A stretch of DNA of 64,000 bases from an uncultured Candidatus Saccharibacteria bacterium (GTDB lineage: Bacteria; Patescibacteriota; Saccharimonadia; Saccharimonadales; Saccharimonadaceae): positions 62,530 through 126,529 of the forward strand of contig CAURNU010000003.1 in the NCBI GenBank assembly GCA_963526735.1, given 5' to 3'. Positions within the stretch are counted from its first letter, which is position 1, and each line of letters begins with the position of its first letter. Below are positions 62,260 to 64,000 of this stretch, in pieces. The notes beneath the pieces were generated by a model, which saw only the letters and a list, made by a program, of their open reading frames with translations, searched no databases and was not told the DNA's origin. The position numbers and the translations under genes are program-made.

Positions 62260-64000
62260 TCATTTGTCAAGCTTAATCAGCTCAAACAACCCCCTCTCGT
62301 CAACTACCCACAATTGATTAACCTGATTATTCGGGTTACGCTTATTATATTCTCGTATTTGATGCAAGAATTTATCTTTCAACTGATATTCAGAATGGAT
62401 AATGAAATTCTTTTTACCTTGTTTGACTGCGTCGCGTATATATTTAGCTACGGTCTTATATTTCGGATTACCGACTTCTAGAGCTTTTAGCTCAATCTCG
62501 TTCCCCTGGTCATGCCAGATGAAGTCATTAGTTGGTTTAGCTTTCACTCCAGTAACTGGGTCACCTTCATCTTTCGGAATACGCTCAATTGTTTGCCCAA
62601 GGCGTACAAAATCAGCGATAAATTTCTGCTCATTGGGATCAATCCTATCATATTTCGATTCGCTTGGTATAAATTTACCAGGTTGCTTAACATTACTATA
62701 GCTAAGTATCGGTCTAAACTTTTCCTTCGGCGGTATCTTCTCGACAATAAAACGTTCTTTGCAACTACAATTTGGATGCAGGCTAGCAGTATCAATATCC
62801 ATGTAGTTATTGACAAACAGCTCTTCGTCTTGCTTGCTTTTACTAATTGCCGCTCCGGCTTTGAGATAACTTTGTGTGACATTAACGCGCTTACCGTTCA
62901 TTTTTTGGCACCACGGGCAAGGTTCGTCGCTCACCGTGTACCACTCTTTAGTAATCCGGACTTTAGCGCTATTTTGCACTTGCACCATGGCATCAACCCC
63001 AGCAATACCTCGCGCTCGATGTACCTCAGTTCGAGCAAACCGTTGGATACGCCAGCGGTCGGTATTGACGATTTGACGCATCGTCTCTTTGAGCATCTCT
63101 TTATCCCAATCGTTTTGTCGAGCCAACTCCACCAGCTTTTTGATTGAGGCGTCAGTGCCTAGATTAAAGTCTTTAAGCGATTTGACAGCGTGTTTCTGGT
63201 ATTGATTTTGTAATTTGTTGCTGATAACGTAACCAGTTAATTGATCGGTGTTTTGCAAGCCCAACAACAATCCAATTCCAATATTATATTGCTCAATACC
63301 GCCCTTAAGCAGTATTTCCATTAAAATTTGCTCAAGCTGGTCGCTCAATGTTTTGGAAGATTTTTTAGAGCTTTTTTGTTTAGACAGCGCTAGATCAACA
63401 CGCTCAAGAATAGCTTGTTCTAAGACTCTTTCAATTTTTTGTTCTTCAATACTGTTAGTGCTTTTTATTTTTGGATCAGCTTTTAAACAATGCCCGCCTT
63501 TAGCGGATGACACTTTCTGATTTTTATGACAATCAGGACAATTGCATAATCTAATCGGCTGAGCGAAGTTCTTCAACTTATTAGTATCAGGCGCAGCTTC
63601 AACTTCGCCGCCGTCATCAACTTCAGGCTTGTTATTGTTAATTACTGGTTTGTAATCACCAATTTTGAGTAATTTATAACTATTACTTAAGTTCAGTGCG
63701 TCAACTGCGCTATCAAGTGAATAACCAGCGTCTATCAGCTTGATAATCATATCGACTTCAATACTTTTCGTTTCAGCAGTTAGCTTCTCTTCTTCAGCCA
63801 CACCTGGAATAGCCAGCTCGAAGGTGATCGCGTAACCCAGACCTCCCGTGATACGATTTAACTCATGAGTGAAGCGTGTCCAGATTTTCAACGCCAGCGG
63901 TTTGATAGTGTATTTGATAAATATCTGCTCATCAACTCGCACGCTAGCATAGGTATTGTTATCATTGACGCCTCGAATACTAGCTGGCACGCCATAGACC
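62260..64000 (-). CDS. Portal C-terminal part fused to a MuF/SPP1-gp7 head-morphogenesis domain, with a 166-aa C-terminal extension (5' end outside window)
   Basis: The frame is open to the window edge. MuF motifs are RFARTEVHRARG, SDEPCPWCQKMNGK and LHPNCSC. The extension contains a PD-(D/E)xK-like PTNDF...EIELK. Confidence 0.7.
   Translation of the reverse strand, partial: VYGVPASIRGVNDNNTYASVRVDEQIFIKYTIKPLALKIWTRFTHELNRITGGLGYAITFELAIPGVAEEEKLTAETKSIEVDMIIKLIDAGYSLDSAVDALNLSNSYKLLKIGDYKPVINNNKPEVDDGGEVEAAPDTNKLKNFAQPIRLCNCPDCHKNQKVSSAKGGHCLKADPKIKSTNSIEEQKIERVLEQAILERVDLALSKQKSSKKSSKTLSDQLEQILMEILLKGGIEQYNIGIGLLLGLQNTDQLTGYVISNKLQNQYQKHAVKSLKDFNLGTDASIKKLVELARQNDWDKEMLKETMRQIVNTDRWRIQRFARTEVHRARGIAGVDAMVQVQNSAKVRITKEWYTVSDEPCPWCQKMNGKRVNVTQSYLKAGAAISKSKQDEELFVNNYMDIDTASLHPNCSCKERFIVEKIPPKEKFRPILSYSNVKQPGKFIPSESKYDRIDPNEQKFIADFVRLGQTIERIPKDEGDPVTGVKAKPTNDFIWHDQGNEIELKALEVGNPKYKTVAKYIRDAVKQGKKNFIIHSEYQLKDKFLHQIREYNKRNPNNQVNQLWVVDERGLFELIKLDK

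Larger units (their letters stand above)
46393..64000 (-). mobile_element. Siphovirus-like prophage, partial (continues beyond the window end)
   Basis: Recombinase, lysis cassette, tail module (tape measure, major tail), head-tail connectors, protease-capsid and portal-MuF lie co-linear on the minus strand, directly adjacent to host der. Confidence 0.85.

Noticed and set aside
62158-63520. + strand ORFs (62158..62481, 62402..62701, 62512..63147, 62876..63076, 63248..63520) and the minus-strand ORF 62544..62882, all overlapping the portal-MuF gene.
   Set aside because: They are embedded in, or overlap, the 576-aa MuF-containing ORF, which has clear domain motifs. None has independent signals or recognisable motifs.

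Overview
By gene content this window looks like a streamlined Patescibacteria/CPR (Saccharibacteria-like) chromosome segment. That assignment is inference; the code is standard, with TGA used as stop. It carries two integrated phages.

(1) nt 1-28,576: housekeeping genes.
- ftsX, a coiled-coil CHAP hydrolase and an S41 protease.
- A tightly coupled rnhA / CYTH-like / unknown 338-aa / Pif1-helicase operon.
- yvcK, rpmA, xseAB, recO, glyQS, a TrmH methyltransferase and a soluble histidine kinase with a receiver-only regulator.
- A compact dcw cluster, mraZ-rsmH-ftsL-ftsI-mraY-ftsW-murG-ftsQ, with MraZ-box repeats in its promoter and a structured 350-nt mraZ-rsmH spacer.

(2) about nt 29,296-33,889: a ~4.6-kb inovirus-like (filamentous phage) element.
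- It is bounded by 29-bp perfect direct repeats.
- It encodes an HUH rolling-circle Rep, a Zot/pI-like ATPase, a coat-like protein followed by a strong terminator, tiny pVII/pIX-like ORFs and a 505-aa pIII-like protein.
- No integrase is present.

(3) nt 34,331-46,247: host genes.
- An orphan TraD/VirD4-like ATPase and a sigma-region-4 / HARE-HTH protein.
- topA, dprA, pth and der.
- A candidate ncRNA of about 230 nt, bounded by a promoter and a terminator.

(4) nt 46,393 to the window end: a partial siphovirus-like prophage.
- Xer-like tyrosine recombinase, lysis cassette, tail, head and a portal-MuF fusion.
- Its most striking feature is a 742-bp segment flanked by 22-bp perfect inverted repeats. 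Inversion would swap the C-terminus of a tail-fibre-like protein in frame.

I recognised no rRNA, tRNA or CRISPR array.
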